The notes: generated by a model not told the origin, from the letters alone. DNA of 64,000 nucleotides from Felis catus (GCF_018350175.1 NC_058373.1:101310001-101374000); one strand, 5' to 3'. Positions 38,291-52,157 are shown, numbered from the stretch's first letter. Numbers and translations are program-made.

Positions 38291-41200
38291 TACCACGTCT
38301 AAAAAACTTTAGTTTTTAGAGCAGTTTTATTTTGACTGGAAGGTATAGAGGTTGAGTGGAAGGTATAGAGATTTCCCATATACCTCCTGTCCTAACACAT
38401 GCATAACCTTCCCCACTATCAACATACCATACCACATTGGTACATTTGTTGTAATTCATGAACTTCCATTGACATGTTATCACCACTCAAAATCCATAGT
38501 TTACATTAGGGTTCACTCTTGACGTTGTATATTCTATGGGTTTGAACAAATGTATAATGACATGTATCTATCATTATGGGATGATACAGAATATGTTCAC
38601 TGCCCTCAAAATCCTTTGTGCTCCATCTATTCATCCTTTCCCACTTCCCCCACCAGCCCCTAGCAACCAATGGATCTTTTCGTTGTCTCTTTAATTTTGT
38701 CTTTTCCAGAATATCATATACTTGGAATCATACAGTATATAGCCTTTTTCAGATTGGTTTCTTTCTTTTTTAGTGTTGAGTAATATTCTAGTGTCTGGGA
38801 ATGCCACAGTTTGTCCATTCACCCACTGAAGGACATCCTGGCTGCTTCCAAGTTTGGGCAATTATGAAAAAAGCTGCTATACACATCCATGTACAGGTTT
38901 TTATGTGGACATAAGTTTTCAATTCACTTGGTTACATACCAAGGAGCACAACTGCTGGCTCATATGCTAAGAGTATGTTTAGTTTTATAAGAAATTGACA
39001 AACTGTCTTCCAAAGTAGCTATACGATGTTGCAACCCCATCAGCAATAAATGAGAGTTCCCATTGCTCCACATTCTCATCAGCATTTGGTGTTGACTGTG
39101 CTTTGGATTTTGGACATTCTAACTATGTATGTGGTATCTCATTATTGTCTCAATTTGCAATTCCCTAATGACACATGATGTGAAACATCTTTTCATATAC
39201 CGATTTGCCATCTGTATGTCTTCTTTGGTGTGCTCTGTTTAGGTCTTTGACTCATTTTTTAAATCGAGTTGCTTATTTTCTCATTGATGAGTTTTATGAG
39301 TTCTTTATATATTTTGGATAATCATCCTTTTTCAGATGTGTCTTTAGCAAATATTTTCTCCTAGCCTGTGTGGCTTGTCTTCTCATTCTGTTGACACTGT
39401 ATTTCTCAGAGCATAGGTTTTTAATTTCAGCAAAGTCAACTTTTTAATTATTTCTTCACAGATGATTTCCTTGGTCTTTTATCTAAAAGGTCTTTGCCAT
39501 ACCCGAAGTTATCTAGATTTTCTCCAAGATTATCTTCTAGGAGTTTTACAGTTTTGTGTTTTACATTTAGGTCCATAATCCATTTTGAGTTGATTCTCAT
39601 GAAGGGTATGAGGTATGTGTCTACATTTTTTTTATTGCTTGTGGACATCCAGCACTATCTGTGGAAAAGACTCTCTGCTCCACTGTATTGCCTTCACTCC
39701 TTTGTCAAAGATCAGCTGACTACATGTATGTGGACCTATTCTGGTCTCTTTCTTCCGTTCCATTGGTCTATTTTTCAGTTCTTTCACCAATACCACACTG
39801 TCTTGATTACTATAGATTTATATTAAGTTTTGAAGTCAGGTAATATTAGTCCTCTTGGTTCTTCTTTAATATTTGGTTGGCTATTCTGAGTTTTTTGCCT
39901 CTCTCTCCACATAAACTTTCAGATCAGTTTGTTGATATCCATAAAATAACGTGCTGAGATTTCAGTTGGGATTGCATTAATCTACATAGATCAAATAAGG
40001 AAAAACTGACATCTGACAATATTGAGTCTTCTTATTCATGAATATGAAATTTCTCCCCATTTATTTAGTTTTTTGATCTCTTTATTCAGAGTTATGTAGT
40101 TTTCTTCAAAAAAGTTTTGTACAAGTACATCTTGTAAGATGTGGTAAGATTTATATCTGAGTATTTTGTTTTGGGGGGGCTAATATGATAATACATTTTT
40201 AATTCCAAATTCCACTTATTCATTGTTAGTAGATAGGAAAGTGATTGACTTATATATTAACCTGTATCCTACAAGTCTTCTATAATCCCTTATTAGTTCT
40301 AGGAGTTTTTAGGTAGGTTCTTTTGAATTTTCTATATAGAAGATCATGTCATCTGCAAACAAAAACAGTTTACAGTTTCCTTCCCTATCTGTATACCTTT
40401 TATTTCCTTTCCTTATGTTATTGCATCAGCTAGGAATTCCAGCACAATGTTGAAAAGCAGTGAAAGGAGGGCACATCCTTGCCTTCTTCCTGATCTTAAT
40501 GGGAAAGCTTTGAATTTTGTACCATTAAGTATGATGTTAGCTGTAGTTTTTTGTGGTCGTTTTGTTTTGTTTGTTTTTTTTGGTAGACATTCCTCATTAA
40601 GTTGAACAAGTTCCCCTCTATTCCTACTTTGCTGAGAGTTTTTATCATGGGTGGGTGTTGGATTTTGTGAAATGCTTCTGCATCTCTTGATATGATCATA
40701 TGATTTTTCTTTTAGTCTGTTGATGTGATAGATTACATTAATTGATTTTTGATTGTTGAACCAACCTTGCATACCTGAAATCCCACTTCATTGTGATGTA
40801 TATTTAATTTTACACATTCTTGGACTTGACATGCTAATATTTTGTTGAGGATTTTTGTATTTGTGTTCAGAAGAGACACTGCTCTGCAATTTTCTTGTAA
40901 TGTCTTCATCTGGTTTTGGTATTAGGGCAATGCCAGCCTCATAGAATGAGTTAGGAAATATTCCCTCTTGCTACTATTTTTTGGAAGAAATTGCACAGAA
41001 TTGTTATAATTTCATCTGTAAATGGTAGAATTCACCAGTGAACTCATCTAGGCTGGGCTGGGTACTTTCTCTTTCAGAAGGTTATTATCGATTCAATTTC
41101 TTTAATATATACAGAATTATCCAGATTATATATTTCTTCTTGAGTTTAGCAGATTGTGTCTTTCAAGGAATGAGTCCATTTCATCTAGGTTATTAAGTTT

Positions 41201-41644
41201 ATGGGTGTAGAGTTGTTCATCATATTCCTTTATTATCCTTTTAATGTCCATGGTATCTATAATGATGTCCTGTCTTTCATTTCTGATATTAGTAACTTAT
41301 GTTTTCTCCCTTTTCTTCTTAGTTAACTGGCTAGAGGTTTATTTATTTTATTGGTCTTTCCAAAGAACCAGCTTTTGATTTTGTTGATTTTCTCTGACTT
41401 CTTTTTAATTTCATTGATTTCTGCTCAAATTTTTATGATTTTTTTCCCTTTTGCTTACTTAGGGTTTAATTTGCTCTTCTTTTTTTCTAGTTGCCTAAGG
41501 TGGAAACTTAAATTTTTAATTGTAGATCTTTCTGGTTTCTAATATGTGCATCCAATGCTATAAATTTCCCTGTAAGCACTGTTTTCACTATCTTCCACAA
41601 ATTTTGACAAGTTGTATTTTCATTTTAATTCTGTTAAAAATATT

Positions 41645-41674
41645 ATTTTTAATTTTTTTAATGTTTATTTTTTG

Positions 41675-41709
<35 letters not shown>

Positions 41710-41874
41710 GCAGGGGAGGGGCAGAGAGAGAGAGAGGGAGACACAGAATCCGAAGCAAGCTCCAGTCTCCGAGCTGTCAGCACAGAGCCCGATGTGGGGC
41801 TTGAACTCACAAGCTGTGAGATCATGACCTGAGTCACAGTCAGACGCTTAACTGACTGAGCCACCCAGGCACCC
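41645..41874 (-). mobile_element. CAN-SINE nested in L1
   Basis: TSD tgttaaaaatatt. Confidence 0.95.
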
Positions 41875-42556
41875 TTGTTAAAAATATTTTTACATTTTCC
41901 TTGGGATTTACTCTTTGACTCATGTGTTACTTGGAAGTGTGCTGTTTAATCTCCAAATATTTTACATTTTTCAGCTATATTTCTATTATTGATTTCTAGT
42001 TTAATTTCATAGAGTCTAAAAGTAGACATCGTATGATTTCTATTCTTCATACTTGTTAAGTTGTTATTTTTGGCTCCAAATTGTGGTCTCTATGGTGAAT
42101 GTTCCATATGAGCTCGAAAAGAATGTTTAATCTGATGTCATTGGATGAAGTAGTCTATAGGTGTCAATTATATCCAGTTGATTAATGGTGCTGTTGAGCT
42201 CAACTCTGTCCTTACTGATTTTCTGCTCTCTAGATCTGTCCACTTCTGATAGAAAAGTGTTAAAGTTTCCAACTATAAGAGTGGATTCATCTACTTCTCC
42301 TTGCATTTCTATCAATTTTTGCCTCATGTATTTTGATGCTGTACTTTTAGGCACATACACATTAAAGATGGTTATGTCTTATTGGAGTATTGACCTCTTT
42401 ATTATTATATAATGCTTCTCTTTAGCCCTGATAATTTTCCTGGCTCTGAAGTCTGCCCTGTCCAAAATTAATATAGTTACTCCTATTTTCTGATTATATC
42501 TTTCTCCATTACTTTATTTTTAATAGACACATGTCTTTATATTTAAAGTGGGTGTA

Positions 42557-42748
42557 GGGGTGCCTGGGTGGTTCAGTTGGTTCAGTGTCTGACCCTTGAT
42601 TTCGGCTCAGGTCATGATCTCATGGTTTGTGAGATAGAGCCCCACGTCAGGCTCTGTGCTGGTAGTGGGGAGCCTGCTTGGGATTCTCTCTCTCCTCTCT
42701 CTCTGCCTCTTCCTCCTTCCCCAAATAAATAAACATTAAAAAAAAATA
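42557..42748 (+). mobile_element. CAN-SINE nested in L1
   Basis: TSD aaagtgggt. Confidence 0.92.
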
Positions 42749-42822
42749 AAGTGGGTTTATTATAGACAACATATACTTGGGTCGTGTTTTTTTTTTTTTT
42801 TAATCTACTTTGACAATCTGTC

Positions 42823-42928
42823 TTTTTTTACAAGAGGTTATTTTTCGGTAATCTCTACACCCAACATAGAGCTTGAACTCTGAGATCAAGAGTCTCACAC
42901 TCCACTGACTGAGCCAGCCAGGAGTCCC
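42823..42928 (-). mobile_element. Short CAN-SINE variant nested in L1
   Basis: taatctctacacccaac..gagatcaagagtc..gagccagccaggagtccc. Confidence 0.8.
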
Positions 42929-43544
42929 AGTCTCTGTCTTAATTGATGTATTTAGACCATTGACATTTAAAGTGATTATTGATATAGTCGGGTTAATATA
43001 TACCATATTTGTTGCTATTTTCAATGTGTTGCCCTTGTTTTTTTATTCTTATCTTTGTCTTCCACACTCTTTCTACCTTTCCTGATTTTCACTAAAAACC
43101 ATTTTATTCTTTTATTAGCCCATTTCAGATACTCTACCTCCTTCAGTCAATTTTATAATTTATAATTACCTAGAAAATGATACATCCCATCAAAATTTCA
43201 AGTTCGTTTATATATTTTTTGTGTAGATAGAATTTCCAAATAATTCTTTCCTTTCTGCCATTTTGTTGCCTTTCTCACTCCAAATATATTTGGTGTTCTC
43301 TCTCTGTTAAACTTGGAATAGCAAAAGTTTTTGTCTATTTCATAAGTCTTTTCATTTTGTGTCCTCCTGATTTTATTACTGAAATCTTTTTGCGGTTTTT
43401 ATAGTTTAAAAGTATTTCTACTTTCATCTCTGTTATGCTGTTCTTAAATTTCATTCATTCATTCATTCACTCACTCACTCATTCATTTATATCTTTCTCA
43501 CTTTTGTAAGTTGACTGCTTTAAGCAAGACTATTTCATTTAAGA

Positions 43545-44930
43545 CTATCTATTCCAATGATGATACATTCCTGCCCCCACCAATAATAGGAGTCCAATAT
43601 CATTATTCTGCCACCAGGTGGCTGGCTAGTGATACTGATATGGTGACATAGCAGGGCTCAGGGTTGACATCTGCTATTGGTGCACTGGGTACTCTTCAGT
43701 GGTAGGGGCCAGATCCCATACATAACTTCCATCCCTACCACCATACTTTCCATGAACTCATTGAGTAATCACTGGAGCGACCAAGGAAAGTGGCTGCTGA
43801 TTGACATCCATGGAGCAGGTCATCTGGTCCATCCTTTGGCCATCTGATTATTGAGAAAGTCCTCAGTCCTTGGTTAGCATTCATAACTATTCACAAATAT
43901 TGTCATACTCTGGGTCAAAGTCAGGGCAATGGGAGTGGCTCACCAGGTGCAGGTGATAAAAGGGTGCATTGTTTGCAGAGAATTTAAAAATAATAATAAA
44001 GCCAACTATAAATTAGTCTTCTTTTTATTAGCAGCATGTGCTGGCAATCCTAAACAATGTCAGTGATACAATACTCCTCCCTCAAAAAATCTTTTGTTGA
44101 TTTATGTTCTAAAAATTGCTTGCACCTGGGGTAGACCACTCCAAACACCTGCCCTTGGTATGTCAGAAGTTTCCATCCACTTACCCTGCCCCTAGACCTT
44201 CATATTGTCAATCCTCCAATATTATTTTTTTTCTAGTCTCTGCCTACACAATCATTAGCCCCTGACTATCAGTTTAGACTCAGAACACAGGACATCTCTG
44301 TTTCCAGGAAATGTGAACAAAAAGATGTACCATTTACAATTCTGCCCATAGGGAGAATTTCTCTTCATCCTTGTCAGTTGTCATCATTGTCAAATCATCA
44401 TTATCTTCATACACAATTGAGATTAATAAGTACAGAAGTCTGCATATAGTGCAGAATCATCATCCATAAATCAGGTTTCATGTTTTGTTTCCTTATTTAA
44501 GTGGCCTTAGGGTGCTCTTCCTACCCATAAGGCTACATCAATGGGTTGAAGGAGATATGGTTATGCATCAAGGGTTGGAACACTCAGAATGGGCACCATA
44601 TGCTCACACAGCTTACTGTTACCTTTAGACCTGCTAGAGCTCAGTCTCACAGGTCCCACTTACCCTATTGAAGAAATGCTGCTAGGCACACTTAATCTTA
44701 TGGCTTGATAGATAACACCCAATTCATGATAGGCAGTTGATAGCAAACTAGATAGAGCCCACATCTAGGACAGCAACTGATTGGACTTCCTAATTAATTT
44801 TTCAAGAATCCAATAACATTCTCCAAAAAGATTTGTTGTAATCACAGGTCATGGGATAGAAGAAGTCACCACTCCTGCATCTTTCAAGTTTGTAATGAAG
44901 TCAAATAATCTTTGCAATATCTCCAAGAGT
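43545..44930 (-). mobile_element. ERVL / MaLR internal pol relic
   Basis: Reverse strand decodes decayed MDQMT..QPLS..PVITQ*VH..GGRDG and PATWWQ..DIG, resembling the ERVL RNaseH-integrase junction. Confidence 0.65.
43915..44170. mobile_element. hAT-Tip100 MITE (MER97-like) nested in ERVL relic
   Basis: gggtgcattgtttgcagagaatttaaaaa...taaacaatgtcagtgata..aaatcttttgttg. Confidence 0.55.
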
Positions 44931-45016
44931 GAGTATTACTTTTGATTTACTGTTCATTCATGTTCTTGAAGTTATTTGCAAAAAACTGTTCATAATAGTC
45001 CTTTACTATCCTTTTA

Positions 45017-45228
45017 TCTCTCTCTCTCTCTCTCTTTTGGGGGGGGGCGGGGAGAGAGAAGAGAACATGAGCAGGGGAGGGGCAGAGGGAGAGGAAAATA
45101 GAGAATCTGAAGCAGGCTCCACGCCCAGCACAGAGCCGACTCTGGGCTCCCTCTCACGACCATGAGATCATGACCTGTGCCAAAATCAAGAGTTGGAAGC
45201 TTAGCCAACTGAGCCACTCAGGTGCCCC
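45017..45228 (-). mobile_element. CAN-SINE within L1 (L1 continues to ~45790)
   Basis: TSD tactat(c/t)ctttta. Confidence 0.9.
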
Positions 45229-47127
45229 TACTATTCTTTTAACACTTCTAGGATCTGTAATGATGAACTCTCTTTCACTCACACAACAGGGGCTTGTGTT
45301 TGCTTTCTTTTTCCCCATTGCCCTAACCATATTTTATCAATCTTACTAATCTTTTCAAAGAACAATTTTTTTTACTTTACTTCTTCTATTGTCTGTCCAT
45401 TTTCTGTATCACTGATTTCATTTTTCTACTTAATTTTGGTTAAGATTCCTCTTATTTTTTCTGTTATCTTAGGGTGGAAGTGTGGATTCTTGACTTTAAA
45501 CCTTTCCTAATATAAACACTTAAAAGTATAAATTTCCCTCTGTGTACTGCTTTAACTGTTTCCTTTTAATTTGAAATATCTTCGTTACCATTCAGTTTAA
45601 AACATCTTCTAATTTCCACTGTGATTTATTTGTTTTGATTCATAAATTATTTAGAAGTATATTGTCTAATCCAAGAACTTGAGAATTTTTTAGACAGTTT
45701 TTTGCTATTGCGTTATAATTTAATTCTGTTGTTTTTAGAAAATATATTCTGAATAATCTTCTAAGCTCTATAACTTATGACACTTGTTTTAGGTCCCGAG
45801 AGTACAAGCTTAATCTTACTATTTGTAGCACAATAGGGTGTGGTACAAAGTAGGCACTCCATAAATATTTGATGAATAAACAAATGAATGAAGAGTAGCC
45901 ACATTCAAACAGAATAAAGTGATGCACAAATTACAGAGGTCAAAAGAGAGTAGTGAAATCTCTACTCTAGTAGTGAAATGATGGGGCAGCAGCATTTAAC
46001 TTTTCTACAGATGAGAATGCAAAGTCCTTTTTCTGTTACAGTTGGATCTTGAGAAAGCACAGAAAGAATGTGAGAAATCCTGTAGCCAAAAGATGAGAAC
46101 CAAGGATAAAGTCTTAAGAAACAAACAGCAAATGCTGGGGATAGAAAGAAAATAAGCCAAAGGGATCAGAATCTAAAGTGAGACTTCACCTCTCCAGGTA
46201 GTCAAGATTTGACTAGTTTATTAATTGTTATTTGTGGACTACCAATGATTTTAGAAAGCCTCATCAGGATTATGTGTATTTTAACAACTGACATATGGCC
46301 TAAGATACCTCTAAGTAAACCTATGTATTGGTTCTTTTGTTTCTAAACCAATGACTGTTGCCTTCAATGTCTTGAATGAAGTATCCCATAAAATACAATC
46401 ACCAGCTAGGTGTCCTAGTAGATGCTCCAGACATTTCAGTCCACCAGAGCCCCATCCACACAGAATGATTATGTACAGCTGGGACACTCCCTGATTTAAT
46501 GATTTAGATTGGTCAGTCTTACAAATAGTAGAGAAACAATCTCTCATATGGGAGCACCAGCTGGTCTTGTTACAGCATAGAATTTCTTTACCCAGAAGGA
46601 GTTTAAACAAGAAAGAAATAAAGCATTTCATGATTAACTCCTTCCCCCAGGAAAACTGCTTTCTGAAAGCACATGTTTTGGAGTTTCTTACCTATACCAT
46701 TTCATCCAATTGAAAATTAGAAGAAAATTGGACAAATTTTCATAGAATGCTTTTTTTTAGTGTAACTTTTTCTGTGTGGATACAACAGAACTATGTCATT
46801 GGTTTCCATTCTTATCTTTAGTAGTTTAATTTTTCTACTTAATTTTGGTTAAGATTCCTTTTAATCCCATAGTGATGGTTGTTCAGATTGTTGCCAGTGT
46901 TTTGCTATTGTAATAAATACTACAGTGACTACTTTTCTTATTACGCTCTTAGGATATTTACCCTTTAAAATAAATGTTAAAAAGTGGAATTTCATTTCTG
47001 TAGCCTGACTAGTTAGCAAAATTCCAAGCAGAGTAAATATTATGATGAGTTCTTTGACACCATTCAAAGAAAAAATTTTCTGGTTTTGTAAATTTTCTAA
47101 CTTCTTATTTAAATATCTTTAAAAATA

Positions 47128-47355
47128 GGGGCACCCGGGTGGCTCAGTCGGTTAAGCGTCCGACTTCAGCTCAGGTCATGATCTCTCAGTCAGTGAGTTC
47201 GGGTCCTGCATCGGGCTCTGTGCTGACAGCTCAGAGCCTGGAGCCTGTTTCTGATTCTGTGTCTCCCTCTCTCTCTGCTCCTCCCTCACTCATGCTCTGT
47301 CTCTGTCTCTCAAAGATGAATAAATGTTAAAAAAAAATTTTTTTTAATAAAGAAA
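47128..47355 (+). mobile_element. CAN-SINE
   Basis: TSD tctttaaaaata; standard body. Confidence 0.95.
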
Positions 47356-48504
47356 TTTCTTTAAAAATAAAAAAGCAACTTCTTAAAAGAAAAAAAAAAA
47401 AAAGAACTCTAGGCCGAGGTTTGCAGCAGCTAGAAGCTTCTGGGGCAACTCTATTGACCACTGTGTCTAAAACTCACCTCTGCAGTTTGGAAGACAATAA
47501 CTTAGGACCCAAAAGGCTTCCAAGTCCCCACAAGGCTTTCTTTTTCACCTGGAAGAATGGAAAATACAGAATTCGGTAAGAGACATCTGTTTCCTCTATT
47601 TGGCTTTCCTTGGATTAAGATACTGCATTTTCTAATTGTTTTTCTCCCATTCAAGACCTGCCTTTCCTTGAGAGGCAGAGCAGGGAGAGGTCTTTTTTCA
47701 GTCTTTGCTTCTGAGGCTTGGCGAGCCAGTGTCCTTGCTGCATCTGGAGGTCACCTTTGCTGCAAGCTGTTCATGTATTTGACATGCTTAATCTCATCAA
47801 TTAGACCTGAAGAGGCCTTCAGGCCTTCAACGATCCTGAAGAGGTGTTCAGACTCTTCTGGAGTTAGGCATATATCAATATGGGGGACTATTACACCACA
47901 GACCAAATGATTTAGTATACATACACAACCTTTTAAGGTTAACTGCATGTTACACAAAATATTTTGTGAGAATATATGTTGACTGTATTCCCCTAACATC
48001 AGACTGTAAAATGTTAAATAAGGGGAAAAAAGTGCTATTTTGGAATAATTATTGTTACTTTTTGGAGTGTGGTTGGGAAGTGAAGTAGAAAAATAAGAAA
48101 ATATGTTAGCTTACCAAGCACCCAAATAAATAGTATTTTCATGTTCTTTAGGTATTTAAGTTAATATTAATATATAAAAATTATATTTTGATACATTTTC
48201 TTACTTGTCATCAAGCTTCAAAATTTTCATGAAAATTCAGATTTATAAGAAAAAGTTAATTTCAGACGACATTATGGAAGGATTCATAATAGCTCCTTGC
48301 CCATGACTGCATACAGTCAATTAATCTCCCTGGATCTTGGGTTCCTCATCAATAAATGTTGAACTAAACAGTTTCTAAATAACCCTCTCACCCTAAATTC
48401 CATGATTCTATGTATTTGGAATGAAATGATTCATTGCTCTATAAGTCACATATCTCTCTGAGGAATGCAAGGAGTTAACAAAAAAATCTCAAGATATAAA
48501 TACG

Positions 48505-48726
48505 GGGGCGCCTGGGTGGCGCAGTCGGTTAAGCGTCCGACTTCAGCCAGGTCACGATCTTGCGGTCCGTGAGTTCGAGCCCCCGCGTCGGGCTCTGGGC
48601 TGATGGCTCAGAGCCTGGAGCCTGTTTCCGATTCTGTGTCTCCCTCTCTCTCTGCCCCTCGCCCGTTCATGCTCTGTCTCTCTCTGTCCCAAAAATAAAT
48701 AAATGTTGAAAAAAAATTAAAAAAAA
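48505..48726 (+). mobile_element. Young felid CAN-SINE
   Basis: TSD aagatataaata(c/t)g; CpG-rich diagnostic body. Confidence 0.97.
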
Positions 48727-48842
48727 AAGATATAAATATGGACTTTTTGTGAACTGCCAATAATCTATTATTTACTTGAAAATACCATACAAATAGTTTA
48801 TTGATGTAGTCCTTTCTACAAGAGTTTCAATTTAAGAGGAAA

Positions 48843-48843
<1 letters not shown>

Positions 48844-48887
<44 letters not shown>
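48844..48887. repeat. (CA)n microsatellite
   Basis: Direct read. Confidence 0.97.
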
Positions 48888-48889
<2 letters not shown>

Positions 48890-49714
48890 GAGGAAATCAC
48901 TATTCTAGCTCTATGTATGTAGTATGGCAGGGTTGGGAGAAAACTTTCAAAAATCTTCCTCAACATTGAAAAGAGTAAGGACAAGCTTGGAAGACTGGAA
49001 AAATCTGGACTTTGAATCACAGATGAAAAAAACTTCAGTTTAATCAAGTATGAGGTCATGTTTCATGTGGTCTATTTATTTTCTTCTGCTGCTTTGTAAT
49101 GCAGTTGTAGATGCTGAATTTTAATGAAACTCTTCATTGATTGATTGGTGATAATGCTAATCAATTTTGAACATTACATCTAATTGTTTTATGACCCAGT
49201 TTGACTATTTCAGACCCAGAATAAAGGCAGCAGAATGGTGAAAGAACACCAGATAAAGCCAGGGAGACCTGGATTACAGGCTATACTCTATGACCTTGGA
49301 CAAATGGATTAACCTTCTGGGTCTCAGTTTCCTCTTTTATAAAATGAGAATATTGAATTGCTTAGGTCTCTTCCTCCTTTAAGACTCTATGGTTCTATGA
49401 AAGAGCTGGCCAACAGTTCTTCTCATCGCCTATCAAGATTCTAATTCATCCCTGATTCTAATTCTAATAGAATTGATTTACAATCAGAATTTCTTGCTTT
49501 CACAATAATAATGACAATAATGACAACAAACCATCACTCTTTTACCCCTTCTGCCTCGTGAGTGTCTCATTCTCAAATATAGGATCCAACTCTAGAAATG
49601 GGAAGAAAGGCTCACAGATAGAAAGAAAGGATAGAGAATTTGAAAAAGCTCAAGCACAGATTTTCACCCCAAGGGATAAGGAAATGGAATAGGCATATTA
49701 ATGTAGATTCTTTA

Positions 49715-50260
49715 CTGTAGATGGCATTAGCCTAACTCAAACAAATGCAGGCAAATTAAGGGAATTTATTAACTCTCATAAATAGAAGGTTTGGAAGATT
49801 CATCTGGCATCAGGTACACCTGGATTAAGGTTCATAAATGGCAATATCAGGACTCTGTCTCACCCCCTTCTTTGACAGGGTGTTCTACAACAGGTTCTTT
49901 CCAGATCACCAACAAGATGGCAGCTGAAAGCTGAAGACTCTAAATCTATATAAGCTTAATAACCAAGAAAGAGAAACATGTTTTGTTTTGTTTCCCAAAT
50001 AACCCCAGGAGAAAGTGCCAGAAATGAATAATCTGTTGATCTGACTTGATCACATACTCATCTCTGTACCAATCAGTGTGGCCTATGGGATGGGTTCCCT
50101 GATTTATGGGTACAGTGTAGGTGATGTTTCCACTTCTGTAGCTGAAGAAGGGAGTGTACCCAGGCCTATGAAACACACATGGAATGGGCTGCTCATAGGA
50201 AAGATGGGTTTTGTATTCTAAACAAGTGGGGAAATCATGATAGAAAGATCACAGATGGAA
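49715..50260 (-). mobile_element. Old MLT1-type LTR (MIR fragments at ~48290-48410 and ~49225-49400)
   Basis: cctaactcaaac..agggaatttatt..accaatcagtgtggcc. Confidence 0.5.
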
Positions 50261-50736
50261 GGTCACTAAAATAGATTTCATTGGACATTGCAAACCAAGG
50301 GTAGAAGGTAGTTACCTTGATGAGTTCTGATAAAAATGATTCTGAGCTATGTGAAGTCTCACTAACGACGAGTGTGAAGACTGATCAGCAATGTCTGCGG
50401 TGGACATTGTGCCACTGAGCCAACAGAGGTACACAAACCTCACACTTGCTATCCCTTCCTAGTGTGAACTCATCATTCATTTCCTACCAAGTATGGTCAA
50501 TTCAACCACCAGCTCTTTAGAATATCACAAGGATAGGCCCTTCTTTTGAAAATTCCCATTTGTTCATGCTTATAAAGCTATTGAGATCCTTAGAGATGGG
50601 AACCCCTCCCATGTTGGAAATTTTGACATTTTATTTGAAGTTATGCAAACCTTTAGGACACAAAGAATGATCCTAGCTAGCAATGGTTCTTAACAAAGAA
50701 TGTACATCAGAATCACCTAGGTAGTTATTTTTAAAT

Positions 50737-50947
50737 TTTTTTTAATGTTTATTTTTATTTTTGAGAAAGAGAGACAGAGCATGAGGAAGGGACGGGCAGA
50801 GAGAGAGAAGGAGACACAGGATCTGAAGCAGGCTCCAGGTTCTGAGCTGCCAGCACAGAGCCCAAAGCAGGGCTCGAACTCATGAACCATGAGATCGTGA
50901 CCTGAGCCAAAGTCGGTCACTCAACTGACTGAGCCACCCAGGCACCT
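50737..50947 (-). mobile_element. CAN-SINE inserted in a MER5-type MITE
   Basis: 20-bp TSD ctaggtagttatttttaaat (50717-50736/50948-50967); flank caatggttctt..catcagaatcacct. Confidence 0.93.
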
Positions 50948-51383
50948 CTAGGTAGTTATTTTTAAATATATATGACTGGCCTCTAACCCCAAACTTTCTG
51001 ATCCAGTAAAGCTTGGTAAGATCCTAGAATAGTGAAACAGAACTATTATCTGTGAAAGTTATACATGCTCATAGTAAAAACAAACAAAACAGGACAGAGA
51101 GGTACAACATGAAAAGTAGAAACTCCCTTCCCAAAGAAGGATTTAGGTGGGGAAGGGGGGAAAAGGAAATTTTCCTTTGTCTTACATAACTGTCTATATT
51201 GTTTGAAATGCTTTTTTATAACACGCCTGAATCAGTTTTGTATTTTACAATGAGCATGATAATCTAAAACACTTATTTCTATCAGAAACTACAATGTCCC
51301 TGCCAGCCAAATTGTCATCACTGAGGCTATTCTATTTGCAGGTAACAAAAATGGCATAAAATACTATTAAAAGTTCTCTTGGA

Positions 51384-51590
51384 GGGGCACCTGGGTGGCT
51401 CAGTCAGTTGAGTGTCCGATTTTGGCTCAGGTCACAATCTCATGGTTCATAGGTTCAAGCCCTGCGTCAGGCTCTGTGCTGACAGCTGAGAACCTGGAGC
51501 CTGCTTCAAATTCTGTGTCTCCTTCTCTCTCTCTGCCCCTCTCCCACCCATGCTCTGTCTCTCAAAGATAAATAAATGTAAAAAAAAAAA
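51384..51590 (+). mobile_element. CAN-SINE
   Basis: TSD aaaagttct(c/t)tt. Confidence 0.93.
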
Positions 51591-51683
51591 AGTTCTTTTT
51601 GAGACAACATGCTTTTCTTACTCCCCTGAAGTTAACCCTGTGGACAGTTTATATATTCTTTCAGAAGCTTCCTATACATATAA

Positions 51684-51684
<1 letters not shown>

Positions 51685-51730
<46 letters not shown>

Positions 51731-51779
51731 AAAGGAGGCACAAACCCAAAGTGTGTGTGTGTGTGTGTGTGCGCGCGCA

Positions 51780-51810
<31 letters not shown>

Positions 51811-51885
51811 ATACCTCCTTTTATTATGGTAAATGATGGAATTATATTATACCTCCTTTTATTATGGTAATTGATGGAATTATAC
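51685..51885. repeat. (TA)n, (TG/CG)n microsatellites and a 2x38-bp tandem duplication
   Basis: (TA)n 51685-51726; alternating purine-pyrimidine 51751-51810; units 51810-51847 and 51848-51885. Confidence 0.93.
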
Positions 51886-52112
51886 TATTATGCATATCCT
51901 GTTCTACAATTTGCTTTATTTCCTTAATTATTTGGGCCTCTTTCCCATAGGATCTACCTATATTTTCATAAAATCTACCTCCTTTTAGTGACTTCATAAT
52001 ATTCCAAGATTTTTCCCATTTACTAATAATGCTCAGCCCACATTCTTTTAAATATTTATCTGGCCGCTGTGCAAGTACAGCTATGGAATATATTCTTACT
52101 TAAGTCACATTA

Positions 52113-52113
<1 letters not shown>

Positions 52114-52154
<41 letters not shown>
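52114..52154. repeat. (TA)n microsatellite
   Basis: Direct read. Confidence 0.95.

Positions 52155-52157
<3 letters not shown>

Larger units (their letters stand above)
38300..43080 (-). mobile_element. L1 (L1MC-like) with decayed ORF2, inserted into the older L1
   Basis: 3' end tccatagtttacattagggttcactctt; ORF2 remnants [19 protein letters not shown] (40413-40772), LIVGNFNT..QLDIIDTYRLLHP (42127-42360), ISIITLNVNGLN (42800-43024). Confidence 0.93.

Noticed and set aside
39448..43024. RT/endonuclease-like ORFs as an active retroelement or novel RT system
   Set aside because: Fragmented L1 ORF2 with stops, frameshifts and nested SINEs.
43611..43624. Strong-looking CTCF motif ccaccaggtggc
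   Set aside because: It is the antisense of the Ala-Thr-Trp-Trp codons of the ERVL pol relic, so TE origin explains it; binding is not excluded but is unsupported.
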